32,000 bases of DNA from Nanobdellota archaeon (GCA_016931175.1 JAFGFH010000013.1:13486-45485), one strand, 5' to 3'; shown: positions 18,247 to 27,352, numbered from the stretch's first letter. The notes: a model not told the origin generated them from the letters alone. Translations and numbers: made by a program.

Positions 18247-19764
18247 TTAAGATTTCTCTAACTTAACTTTACTCCTCAAAAAAGCAGCCGTACTAGGGTC
18301 AAAAACGTAAACGCCTTTATCTGTTAAAGCGTTCCAGTCAGGACTTATTCCCTGCTTTTTTTGTTTAAGATAGAAATGAGAACTTCTCGGATCAAACGCG
18401 ATATCATCTTCTTCTTTTTTATAAAACTTTATCGTATACTTCTGCCTTGAAGGTGAAATTGATAATTTTGAAACCTCTTCTTTAAATACTCCTCCATCAA
18501 AGTCAATAGTTTTAATATCTGAAGAGAATAAAGGAGCCTTTACATTTTTAGTTAAAATCTTTGGACTTACATAATACTTCGCGTCTCTTCCAAGTCTCTT
18601 GCTGCCTTCTTGTAAAAGAACTGCGCTTATGTTGTCAACATTACCTGTGAGTATTGCAGTATCTTCAAAAATACTCTTTCTAATACCTATAATTCCGTTG
18701 GCTTGCAGGAAAGGGCTCATCATGTATTCAAAACCTATATTATTAAAGAGTTCAAACTCTGCGTCGTACATGGGCTTTTTCTCAGCATAGATTCTCCAAG
18801 CTAATAAAGAGTTTATTCCTTTAGCAATCCTGTTCTCTTTGCCGTCAGGTCTTTTAAAACTCTCCATTAAGTCAAGGCCTGTGCATAAATTCTCAAGAGT
18901 TGCAAGAACTCCTTTTGGTTTTTCAATCCTAATCTTCTCAGGAAAGTATTTCGCGTATATCATAAGTGCGAGCAAGTGCTTGCCAGGAAGATCGTGTTCA
19001 GTATGTTCGTCCTTAGTGTCAGAGCCTTTAATCTTGTCTCCGCAGCCGCAGCTCATACTAAGATTGTCTTTGAATACTAATCCTTTAATAGTTTCAAAAG
19101 CGCAGTTCTGATAGGTTACGCCGTACTCATTTGTTACATTATTAGAAGCGCTTTCAACGTCAGCTGTTAGTGTTTCTCCTGTAAATTCTGCGTTCTTAAA
19201 CCTGAAACTAAAGTGGTCGCTGTACCTGTCAGATTTCTTGTTCATACCTTTATATAATTGCTGAAGCTTTCCTGTATTAAAACTAAAGCATAACCTGTCA
19301 GATAACATGTCATCATAATTCAATAGCAAAGCCTTCATTGTCCTAACTGGGTCAAATCTTATATAATGCCCGTTGCTGTGTTCAATCTTTATATCCCAGC
19401 TTCTTATCATCCAAGGCTTGTTAAACATGTTCTTCTCCCAAATGAAAGGGCCTTTTAGCTGAAATCCGTAATCAAAATGTATGTATCCTAAGTATTTGCT
19501 GTCAACACCTGCAGCGTCTACTAATCTATTGGTGCTGTTTGGTCTTTTAGGGAACTCGTTCTCATCAAACCTTCCAGTGTAATACCCTATTAATTCTCCT
19601 ATATTGAACAACGCCTTGCTGAAAGCGAAATCCCCGTTGTTCTCTTTTATAATTTTTGCAGTCTCAGGCTCGTATTTTAAAAAATAGTGCTCTAAGAAGA
19701 CTTCTCTATCTTCATTGAATTCCAATGGATTAATCCATTCCTTAATCTCTGAAAAAGCACTCAT
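18247..19764 (-). CDS. Uncharacterised 505-aa protein with SWIM-like zinc-binding signature
   Basis: Central segment MSCGCGDKIKGSDTKDEHTEHDLPGKHLLALMIYAKYF resembles SWIM C-x-C-x(n)-C-x-H with the third Cys replaced by Gly. Confidence 0.6.
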   Translation of the reverse strand: MSAFSEIKEWINPLEFNEDREVFLEHYFLKYEPETAKIIKENNGDFAFSKALFNIGELIGYYTGRFDENEFPKRPNSTNRLVDAAGVDSKYLGYIHFDYGFQLKGPFIWEKNMFNKPWMIRSWDIKIEHSNGHYIRFDPVRTMKALLLNYDDMLSDRLCFSFNTGKLQQLYKGMNKKSDRYSDHFSFRFKNAEFTGETLTADVESASNNVTNEYGVTYQNCAFETIKGLVFKDNLSMSCGCGDKIKGSDTKDEHTEHDLPGKHLLALMIYAKYFPEKIRIEKPKGVLATLENLCTGLDLMESFKRPDGKENRIAKGINSLLAWRIYAEKKPMYDAEFELFNNIGFEYMMSPFLQANGIIGIRKSIFEDTAILTGNVDNISAVLLQEGSKRLGRDAKYYVSPKILTKNVKAPLFSSDIKTIDFDGGVFKEEVSKLSISPSRQKYTIKFYKKEEDDIAFDPRSSHFYLKQKKQGISPDWNALTDKGVYVFDPSTAAFLRSKVKLEKS

Positions 19765-19813
19765 TAATATATTATCTTAAGAAATCCTATTTATTAATTT
19801 ATCCCTACCACTC

Positions 19814-20410
19814 TTAGTTGTTGCTTTTTGCAGGTTTGAAAAACTGCTTCTCTGTCGCGTATTTAATTATTGAGGTTAACTGGAATAGTAAAGCGTGAAG
19901 GGCATAATCTGGTTTGAAAAAATAGACGAAAACAATAACCATGACTATTCTTACCAGCATCTCAACGAACTCGTTCCTAGTATACTTCAAATACTTATTG
20001 CTTAAGAACACGAACCCAATAGATAATGCGAAAAAAATTGCAATGACAGGATTTATTAAGAGAAATGTTCCAATATTAGTGCTCGCACCCTTGCCTCCCT
20101 TGAATCTTAAGAAGAGGCTGTAATTGTGGCCGAGTGTTGAGAAGACTCCGGAGACTAGTGTTGCCAGCCACAAATCATTCAACAAGTAATAAGACAATAA
20201 TCCTGCTGCCACGGCTTTGCCTAAATCAAAAACTATTACAAGCAAGTAAGTTTTAAGTGATTTAGTTATGTAAAAAGAGTTGGTTCCTCCAACGTTCCCG
20301 TCACCCTCCAAGAGTATGTTTTTTTTATGAAAGAATTTTAAGAATAAGTAAGAGCTGGGATAACTGCCCAGCACGTAACTAATTAAACAGCTTATTATTA
20401 CTCTTAACAA
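19814..20410 (-). CDS. PlsY-family acyl-phosphate:glycerol-3-phosphate acyltransferase (paralog 1)
   Basis: SYVLGSYPSSYL, EGDGNVGGTNSF, LGHNYSLFLRFKGGKGASTNIG. TTG start. Confidence 0.85.
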   Translation of the reverse strand: MLRVIISCLISYVLGSYPSSYLFLKFFHKKNILLEGDGNVGGTNSFYITKSLKTYLLVIVFDLGKAVAAGLLSYYLLNDLWLATLVSGVFSTLGHNYSLFLRFKGGKGASTNIGTFLLINPVIAIFFALSIGFVFLSNKYLKYTRNEFVEMLVRIVMVIVFVYFFKPDYALHALLFQLTSIIKYATEKQFFKPAKSNN

Positions 20411-20936
20411 TTCGAATCACGTCCTTGTGAGCTATTAAAACAGCTCCAATAATTCCTAAATAAATCACGTATTCAGGCAGATTAAAAAGGAATAAGAAGA
20501 TGAGAAGAATAGGAATGCTAAGCAGACCTGCCTTCACGTAATCCTTTAATAAAACCAGTAAAATGATTAAGATTACAACCATTAATGCCAAAAATAATGG
20601 TTTTATTAATAGCATAACTCCTATTGCGATAGCTAAACCCTTGCCTCCCTTGAAATTCAAGAATATGCTGTAATCATGGCCTAAGATGCCTGCTGTGACA
20701 GCAATGATTAAACCAGCAGGGCCTGGACTTAACGATTGGGAGATTATGACTATTAAAACCCCTTTTAAAACGTCCACTAGTAATACTATTCCTGACATGA
20801 TAATTGAATGGCTCGTGATTAAAACATTATACGCTCCCATGTTCTTATCCCCTTTGTAAAATATTTTATTATCCATTAAGTAAGCAGTTGGGAAACTGCC
20901 AATAATGTACGAGATTAAAGCAAGTAATAGGTTCAT
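20379..20936 (-). CDS. PlsY-family acyl-phosphate:glycerol-3-phosphate acyltransferase (paralog 2)
   Basis: SYIIGSFPTAYL, KGDKNMGAYNV, LGHDYSIFLNFKGGKGLAIAIG, C-terminal IAHKDVIRIV. Confidence 0.85.
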   Translation of the reverse strand: MNLLLALISYIIGSFPTAYLMDNKIFYKGDKNMGAYNVLITSHSIIMSGIVLLVDVLKGVLIVIISQSLSPGPAGLIIAVTAGILGHDYSIFLNFKGGKGLAIAIGVMLLIKPLFLALMVVILIILLVLLKDYVKAGLLSIPILLIFLFLFNLPEYVIYLGIIGAVLIAHKDVIRIVKSNNKLFN

Positions 20937-21751
20937 TCCTCAACCCAACCGATTGCTACGCACTCAGGTCCGACGTGAACACCTAAGACTGGAGTTAAAT
21001 AATCCATAACAATAACCTCGTATTTTTTCTTGAAAAAATCAATTAATTCCTTAGTCTCCTTGTCAAGATTGTTATGTATTAAGTAAATCTTTTCTGCACT
21101 GTTTATCTTTGATGATACGAAGCTTTGAAAACCGTTAACAAAATCATTAAGAACAAGCATCTTCCCAGCACTCTTCAAAGCGCCTTCTGCTATTTCAAGA
21201 ACAGGTTTTAAGTTTATAAGCCTTCCAAAAGCTCCTAAGACCTTATTAACCCTGCCTCCTCTTACTAAATAGTTAAGATTTTTTACAACAAAGAATATTT
21301 TAACCTTTGGAACCATTTCCTTGACTTGTTTTATAATCTCTTCATAATTTTCTCCCTTCTTTAACAAATCAACTGCTTTATCCACGAGCAAACCCATTGC
21401 AGCACTCGTTGTTTTGGAATCAATAATAGTTATCGGGTTTTTGAATAATTTAGCAGCAGTTAACCCGCTATTATACGTGCCGCTGAGTATAGAACTAACT
21501 GTTAATACGATTAATTTGTCATTTTTGAACTTGTTAAAGACCTTAATAAAATCTTCAGGATTGGCTTGGCTGGTCTTAAACACGTTGTCCCAATTAGTTA
21601 TCTTGTCATAAAAATCTTTCTTGCCTATTCGTACCTCTTTATCATTGAGAAAGGTGTGAACACTGACTTCGTGAACTAATCTCTTGTCTGTTGCTGGCAG
21701 GTAATCAATTGTGCCGTCAACGAGTATTCTAATCCTTCCTGATGCTTTCAT
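20933..21751 (-). CDS. DegV-family fatty-acid-binding protein (FakB-like)
   Basis: TSQANPEDF, ILSGTYNSGLTAAKLF, IIDSKTTSAAMGLLV, LNYLVRGGRVNKVLGAFGRLINLKPVLEI, GVHVGPECVAIGW. Confidence 0.9.
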   Translation of the reverse strand: MKASGRIRILVDGTIDYLPATDKRLVHEVSVHTFLNDKEVRIGKKDFYDKITNWDNVFKTSQANPEDFIKVFNKFKNDKLIVLTVSSILSGTYNSGLTAAKLFKNPITIIDSKTTSAAMGLLVDKAVDLLKKGENYEEIIKQVKEMVPKVKIFFVVKNLNYLVRGGRVNKVLGAFGRLINLKPVLEIAEGALKSAGKMLVLNDFVNGFQSFVSSKINSAEKIYLIHNNLDKETKELIDFFKKKYEVIVMDYLTPVLGVHVGPECVAIGWVEE

Positions 21752-22628
21752 TCTGCTCCCTCATATTATCAACCTCGAATTTTACAATTTCCCCAAAGGA
21801 TGAGCATAAAATTTTAACATTATCAAAGTCATTAGTGTGCATGTGAATTCTTAAGAGATTATTATCCTCTCCAAGCTCTATAGAATCACCTATTGAACCA
21901 AGAACCTCTTTTAATCCCTTCACGTGCTCGCATTTTTTTAATAATACGTTAACGCAGTATTCCATTTTAATATTATTCACTGGCTCCTTAACTATCATGT
22001 GGTCAAAAGATGAATCATATTTTGGAACCACACCTATGGCTCTAAGCCAGGCAGCCATCATGTAAATAACACCTAATCCTCCCGCGTCAACAACCCCGCA
22101 GTCTTTGAGCACTGGCAAACGGTTCATAGTTTTCTTCAAATACTTCTGCGCTGTTTCAAAACTGCTTAATAATACATCTATCACGTTTTCGCACTTCTTA
22201 ACCATTTTAATGGCGCCGATGCTTGCTCCTTTAAACACTGTCAGCATGGTTCCTTCAACAGGGTTGTTAACTGCTTTGTAAGCGTAATTGCAGCCGATTT
22301 TTATTGCTTTAGCGAACTCTTCAGGCCCGACTTTCTTGTATTTTATCAAACAATCACAGAAGCCTTTGTAAAACTGTGACATTATCACTCCACTATTGCC
22401 TCTCGCATCGGATAATAAGTAAGTCTTCAAATCTATCAGGAAATCTTTCAAGGAGTCATGATTCTTTAAATTCTTAGCATTGTTAAAAGTGTAGCAGAGA
22501 TTATTCCCAGTGTCACCATCTCTTACTGGGAAAACGTTTATGTAATTCAAGTAATCCTTCTTAGATTCTATAACACTGGCAGTTTCGAATATCATGTTCT
22601 TAAAATCATTGACTTCAAGCCTTTCCAT
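21729..22628 (-). CDS. DhaL/DAK2-domain kinase, FakA-like, short form
   Basis: NVFPVRDGDTGNNLCYTF, DARGNSGVIMSQFYKGF, NPVEGTMLTVFKGA, KDCGVVDAGGLGVI, then NLLRIHMHTNDFDNV...FGEIVKFEVDNMREQN. The ORF ends just after the FakA middle-domain signature. Confidence 0.9.
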   Translation of the reverse strand: MERLEVNDFKNMIFETASVIESKKDYLNYINVFPVRDGDTGNNLCYTFNNAKNLKNHDSLKDFLIDLKTYLLSDARGNSGVIMSQFYKGFCDCLIKYKKVGPEEFAKAIKIGCNYAYKAVNNPVEGTMLTVFKGASIGAIKMVKKCENVIDVLLSSFETAQKYLKKTMNRLPVLKDCGVVDAGGLGVIYMMAAWLRAIGVVPKYDSSFDHMIVKEPVNNIKMEYCVNVLLKKCEHVKGLKEVLGSIGDSIELGEDNNLLRIHMHTNDFDNVKILCSSFGEIVKFEVDNMREQNESIRKD

Positions 22629-22689
22629 AGTATAGACGTAAACAAGAGGATTTTAAAAGAGTTTTTTAATCGACAATTAACGAATATAA
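22629..22689 (-). promoter_or_regulatory. Probable promoter for the FakA-like/FakB-like/PlsY operon
   Basis: Minus-strand sequence ctcttttaaaatcc lies ~25 nt upstream of the FakA-like ATG (22628); no ribosome binding site, consistent with a leaderless first gene. Confidence 0.5.
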
Positions 22690-24471
22690 TCAGCCTAGCC
22701 CCCATAAGGGGTTCTTTCTTCTTAATAAAATAACAATCTCCTGCATTAATTCAACCTCTGCCTTGGTCATGAAGCTCTTCAAACCCCTTTTCATCTTTAT
22801 GAAATCCTTTTCAGGAATGAAGGTGTAAAGTATTTCATTATCAATAAAGTCTTTCTCGTAAGTTGCGCCGTCAATGCTGCAAGCTATTTTATCATTAGTT
22901 TTAGCGGTTTGTATAGTAATACCCTGGTTCTGCAGCTGCTTAACTGTTCCTATAATTTCACTGTTCTCTTTCATCAACTGAACTCCTGGCTTCAAACTGC
23001 CCTTTAAAACGTTCACTCCTACAACTGCAGGCTTGCTCTTCCTGAAAACAAAGTCGCCCATTACTTGAATCTTGGCAGGCAAGTGAATCTCATTAAGCTG
23101 CTGCCTTTTAACCTCTTCCATTACCATATCCCTCCACTCCTTATACTTATCAAGCAAGTGGTAGATTATGTTGCTGGTAACTATTTTGATATTATTTTCC
23201 TGGCTTAGCCTCTCCGCGTCCTCATTAACCTTAACATTAAAACCTAGAATGATACCATAATACAAGTTCTTCTCTTTCATATGCGCTGATGTTATAACAT
23301 CCTTCTTGTTAATGTCACCAATCCCGCTATTTGCTATCATAATACCGTTCTTTTTCAAGAAACCAGTAAGTGCTTCAAGACTGCCCAGACTCTCAGCCTT
23401 CAAAACAATGCCTTTCTCCTGGCCGGTTATGAAGACCTTGCTTATCTCAATCATCATCTTTTTCATAATCTCCTGCGCTTGCTTCATATTATCAGCGCTT
23501 TGAATAGGCATTCCTGCAATAGCGTTTTCAAGCTCTGGCGCTGCTACTCTTATACCGCTCGCAGCAACCACTTCATCCGTTTGGTTAAAACTGCACCTCT
23601 TATCTCTTATCTCCTGCAAAACAGCCGGTTTTAAAAGGGCCCTTATTCTTGTTATGAAAGGCTTCTCACTGCCTCCCACTATTAAGAACTGGTTCTTTCT
23701 TAAGACGCCGTCATAAACTATCATGTCAATAGTTGTTCCCAAACCAATGCTGCTCTTAACTTCTAAAACGCTTCCCTTAGCATTTCCTGGTGTTACTTCA
23801 AGATTCTTTTTAAGAAACTTCTGCGCTAACCCGCTAATCATTACTAATAACTCGCTTATGCCCTCGCCAGTTACTCCGCTGCAAGGAACTATTGCAACAG
23901 TTTGAGTGAAATCATCAATCTTGTTGAACAAGTCGCAGTTGATGCCGTACTTGCTTAACTCACTCATTAAGTTATACACTTTGTTCTGGATGTAATCCTT
24001 AACGTAATTATTCTGATACTTGATGCTTTCAGAGAAGGACAGAGTGTTCTGCACCTTCCAACCAGTTATTAAGTCAATCTTGTTCGCTGCGATTATGAAT
24101 GGGACCTTGAACTGTTTAAGTATTTCAATACTCTCCTTTGTCTGGGGCTGAACGCCCTGAGTGATGTCAATAACTAGTATTGCAAGGTCTGCAACACTTC
24201 CCCCTCTCTTCCTTAAATTAGTGAAGGCTTCATGCCCTGGAGTGTCAATAGCAAGTATTCCTGGAATTTCAAGCTTAATGTTCATCTTCTCCATCAAGTC
24301 CCCGCTAATCTCTCTAATCTTAGTCATTGGAATCTCAGTAGCGCCAATGCACTGCGTTATGCCTCCTGCCTCATTCTTCTGGACAGTCGTCTGCCTAATC
24401 TTGTCAAGCAAAGTGCTCTTTCCGTGGTCAACGTGGCCAACTACTACAATAATAGGGCTTCTGATTGGCAT
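22690..24471 (-). CDS. infB: Translation initiation factor aIF5B (IF-2/eIF5B type)
   Basis: PIIVVVGHVDHGKSTLLDKIRQT, IDTPGHEAFTNLRKRGG, AANKIDLI; 593 aa without intein. Confidence 0.97.
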   Translation of the reverse strand: MPIRSPIIVVVGHVDHGKSTLLDKIRQTTVQKNEAGGITQCIGATEIPMTKIREISGDLMEKMNIKLEIPGILAIDTPGHEAFTNLRKRGGSVADLAILVIDITQGVQPQTKESIEILKQFKVPFIIAANKIDLITGWKVQNTLSFSESIKYQNNYVKDYIQNKVYNLMSELSKYGINCDLFNKIDDFTQTVAIVPCSGVTGEGISELLVMISGLAQKFLKKNLEVTPGNAKGSVLEVKSSIGLGTTIDMIVYDGVLRKNQFLIVGGSEKPFITRIRALLKPAVLQEIRDKRCSFNQTDEVVAASGIRVAAPELENAIAGMPIQSADNMKQAQEIMKKMMIEISKVFITGQEKGIVLKAESLGSLEALTGFLKKNGIMIANSGIGDINKKDVITSAHMKEKNLYYGIILGFNVKVNEDAERLSQENNIKIVTSNIIYHLLDKYKEWRDMVMEEVKRQQLNEIHLPAKIQVMGDFVFRKSKPAVVGVNVLKGSLKPGVQLMKENSEIIGTVKQLQNQGITIQTAKTNDKIACSIDGATYEKDFIDNEILYTFIPEKDFIKMKRGLKSFMTKAEVELMQEIVILLRRKNPLWGLG

Positions 24472-24528
24472 AGTAAATAATAAAGAGGAGAAATGGTTTT
24501 AAAAAGTTTGCACTGCAATAATAATTTA

Positions 24529-25521
24529 ATGGAGCAGCCAATAATTAGAGTTAAAGACTTAAGCAAGACTTTTAGAACCCATAAAAGGGGGGCAGGTTTT
24601 ATTAATTCATTAAAGAGTTTTATTAAAAGAGACGTTTTTGTTAAAAAAGCCGTTGACAGGATTAGTTTTGATATTAAAGAAGGCGAAAGGGTTGCGTTAA
24701 TAGGACAGAACGGTGCTGGAAAAAGCACAACAGTAAAAATGCTTACCGGTATTCTTAAACCAACAAATGGTGAAATCAGCGTCTTAAACCTCCACCCTTT
24801 CAAGGAGAGAACCAAGCTTAACAAGAATTACGGCGTTATCTTCGGGCAGAGGCATAACCTGTGGTGGGACGTGCCAGCAATTGACTCTTATTATTTGTTC
24901 AAGGCAATGTATGATATTAGGGATGATGATTTTGAGAAGCGCTTGAAGATAGTGCGTTCAAGCCTTGGAATTAAGGAATACTTGAACACGCCTGTCAGGA
25001 AATTATCATTAGGAGAGAGGATGCGCTGCGAGCTTGGATTAATATTCATGCACAATCCTAAGATAGTATTCCTTGACGAGCCTACGATAGGAGTTGACGT
25101 CGTCGGCAAGAAGAAGATAACCGAGTTCTTATTGAGAATTAACAAGAGATTCAACACAACAATACTATTAACGAGTCATGACATGAAAGACGTTGAAAAC
25201 ATATGCAAGAGGGCGATAATAATAGAAGGAGGAAAGATATTGTTTGATGATAAGATAGGATATTTAAAGAGGGATTATATTGACTCAAAAACTCTGCACT
25301 TAAAGTTTTCAAAACCATTAGATCAGAAAACCCTCTTCGGCAAGGATTTGGAAAGGATTGGAACCAGCAGGTACCAGATAATATTTGACAACAAAGAAGA
25401 TATTGGCAGGTTCTTAAAACAAGTATTGGATGATTCCAGCAAAGAAGTTCTCGACGTCAGCATTATAGAAGAAGACCTTAATGAGATTATAAGAAACATC
25501 TTCGAGGGCAAAAGGAAATGA
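24529..25521 (+). CDS. ABC-2 type exporter ATP-binding protein
   Basis: GQNGAGKSTTVKMLTG, RKLSLGERMRCELGLIFMHNPKIVFLDEPTIGVD, LLTSHDMKDVE. ATG 24529 (MEQPIIRVKDLSKTF) is the likely start rather than 24493. Confidence 0.93.
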   Translation: MEQPIIRVKDLSKTFRTHKRGAGFINSLKSFIKRDVFVKKAVDRISFDIKEGERVALIGQNGAGKSTTVKMLTGILKPTNGEISVLNLHPFKERTKLNKNYGVIFGQRHNLWWDVPAIDSYYLFKAMYDIRDDDFEKRLKIVRSSLGIKEYLNTPVRKLSLGERMRCELGLIFMHNPKIVFLDEPTIGVDVVGKKKITEFLLRINKRFNTTILLTSHDMKDVENICKRAIIIEGGKILFDDKIGYLKRDYIDSKTLHLKFSKPLDQKTLFGKDLERIGTSRYQIIFDNKEDIGRFLKQVLDDSSKEVLDVSIIEEDLNEIIRNIFEGKRK

Positions 25522-26318
25522 ACCTAAGAGTTGTTTTTGAAACCTTTAAAATAGCATTAAAGGACAGGATGGCTTACAGGACTGATTTTATCGCAGACGT
25601 TCTAATAGGACCTTTAATCTTCTTAGTTGTGCAGTTCTTATGGACTAATATTTACACTTACAACAATATCACTGAAATTAACGGCTTCACGCTTAATGAC
25701 AGCATATCTTACCTTGCTGTTTCAACAATTGTAGGATACTTTGTCTGGACATGGGTTACTACTACTGTTGGAATGAAGATTAAGAGAGGTGATTTTGCAA
25801 GATATGTTATAATGCCGATTAACTTCTTAGATTATACTTTAGTTGAATTGTTCGGCAGGAAGGTGCCAAGCATGCTTATTAAAGCCCCGTTATTATTTTT
25901 ACTGTTAAAAATCTTCTTTAATGTTCACGTCGCGGACCTGCCTCATTTCATACTATTTATTGGAAGCATGGTATTCAGTTACTTATTATTCAACATATTC
26001 ATGTTCATAATGGGTTTGTTAACTTTCTGGCAGGAGAGTTTCTGGGTCTTTAACATGCTCGGTTCTGCAATAATAGAATTCTTTTCAGGATGGCTTTTGC
26101 CAATAGACTTTTACCCCTCTTTTATGAAGCCAATAATTGAAATACTGCCTTTCAGGCATATTTATTATTCTCCTATAATGATATTTTTGGAGAAGTACAG
26201 TATTAGTTCTTCAATTCAAGTATTAGTATCCCAATTTTTTTCAGTAATAATATTATACTTGCTGGCGAGGTTAATACTAAGACTTGGCAGGGCCAAGTTT
26301 ACAAGTCAGGGGGGTTAA
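25518..26318 (+). CDS. ABC-2 family permease subunit
   Basis: Six-TM-like hydrophobic protein following the ATPase with 4-nt overlap; FVWTWVTTTVGMKIKRGDFARYVIMPINFL. Confidence 0.85.
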   Translation: MNLRVVFETFKIALKDRMAYRTDFIADVLIGPLIFLVVQFLWTNIYTYNNITEINGFTLNDSISYLAVSTIVGYFVWTWVTTTVGMKIKRGDFARYVIMPINFLDYTLVELFGRKVPSMLIKAPLLFLLLKIFFNVHVADLPHFILFIGSMVFSYLLFNIFMFIMGLLTFWQESFWVFNMLGSAIIEFFSGWLLPIDFYPSFMKPIIEILPFRHIYYSPIMIFLEKYSISSSIQVLVSQFFSVIILYLLARLILRLGRAKFTSQGG

Positions 26319-26321
26319 AAT

Positions 26322-27101
26322 ATGGGCTTATTTTCATACATTAAAGAAAAAACGTTAATTAACTTATCCTCGCACGCTGAGTACAGATTCTCAACCATTG
26401 CAGTAATACTGATAAGCATAATCTTTGGTTTCACTACTGTCTTCATAACATACAGCGTTTACTCAATAACTGAAAAAGGAGTTCCTGAATGGAGTTTTTA
26501 TGAGATAACCTTCATGATAGGAATTTACCAGTTAATAATGGGTTTATACCATTTAACATTTGATATTGAGGAATTATCCTTTGACGTTAAGGAAGGGACA
26601 TTAGACCAGAAACTGGTTTCGCCTTTGAACGTAATACTTCAATACTATAATTTTAATATAGAATCATTCAGCAGTATAATCGCTGCAGTAGTAATGTTCA
26701 TAATAGCAATACCTAATATATCCTTAAATCTTTCAATAAGTTACTTAGTCTTCTTTGTTATATTATTAGTGATAAGTCTTTTGTCAATCTTTTCAATAAA
26801 ATTATTAACAAGCAGCACTGCTTTTTTCATAACAGAGAACCATTCAATAGTTGAGAATCTTAATAATATAAGGAGCAGGTTTTCAAACTGGCCCATGAAT
26901 ATTTACCCTAAAGGACTGCAGTTATTATTTGCTACAGTATTCCCAATAGCATTTATTTGTTTTGTTCCAGCCAGTTTTATATTGGGCAAGGATGTATCAT
27001 TTTACTTCTGGATTTCGCCAATAGCAGTAATACTATTCACCTTAGTATCTGTTAAGTTCTTTAATTACGGCTTGGGCAAGTACTCTGGCACAGGCTCTTG
27101 A
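26322..27101 (+). CDS. ABC-2 family permease subunit (second)
   Basis: Multi-TM; FDVKEGTLDQKLVSPLNVILQYYNF resembles the paired permease; 3 nt after the previous gene. Confidence 0.8.
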   Translation: MGLFSYIKEKTLINLSSHAEYRFSTIAVILISIIFGFTTVFITYSVYSITEKGVPEWSFYEITFMIGIYQLIMGLYHLTFDIEELSFDVKEGTLDQKLVSPLNVILQYYNFNIESFSSIIAAVVMFIIAIPNISLNLSISYLVFFVILLVISLLSIFSIKLLTSSTAFFITENHSIVENLNNIRSRFSNWPMNIYPKGLQLLFATVFPIAFICFVPASFILGKDVSFYFWISPIAVILFTLVSVKFFNYGLGKYSGTGS

Positions 27102-27121
27102 AGAAAAAAAAAGCAAGATAA

Positions 27122-27352
27122 TTATTGTTTTATTACTTCAACGTCGAAACCTTCAGGCTTGGCTCTTTCTTCAATAATCTTTGTTATCTTCTTCAAGTCT
27201 GCTTCGTTCATGTCTACCATGAAGCTTATCTCTGTAGCAGCGCCTCCCTGAGGAACTACGCTGAACTCTTCAAAGATTTGCAATAAAGTCTTCTCTAACT
27301 TCTTAACCTTAGTGTTGGTCTCTTCCTTTGATAATACAATCATTGCTTCCAT
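27122..27352 (-). CDS. Hypothetical small protein (76 aa)
   Basis: Intact ORF in line with the ribosomal protein/methyltransferase genes. No family recognised. Confidence 0.5.
   Translation of the reverse strand: MEAMIVLSKEETNTKVKKLEKTLLQIFEEFSVVPQGGAATEISFMVDMNEADLKKITKIIEERAKPEGFDVEVIKQ

Noticed and set aside
18247-22628. Dihydroxyacetone kinase (DhaK/DhaL/DhaM) system as explanation for the DhaL domain
   Set aside because: No DhaK or DhaM partner in the window, while the DegV/FakB-like neighbor, the middle domain ending DNMREQ and the PlsY genes fit the FakA type.
22690-24471. Possible intein in aIF5B, MCM or RFC
   Set aside because: Protein lengths and uninterrupted P-loop motifs are normal; no intein-type insertions.
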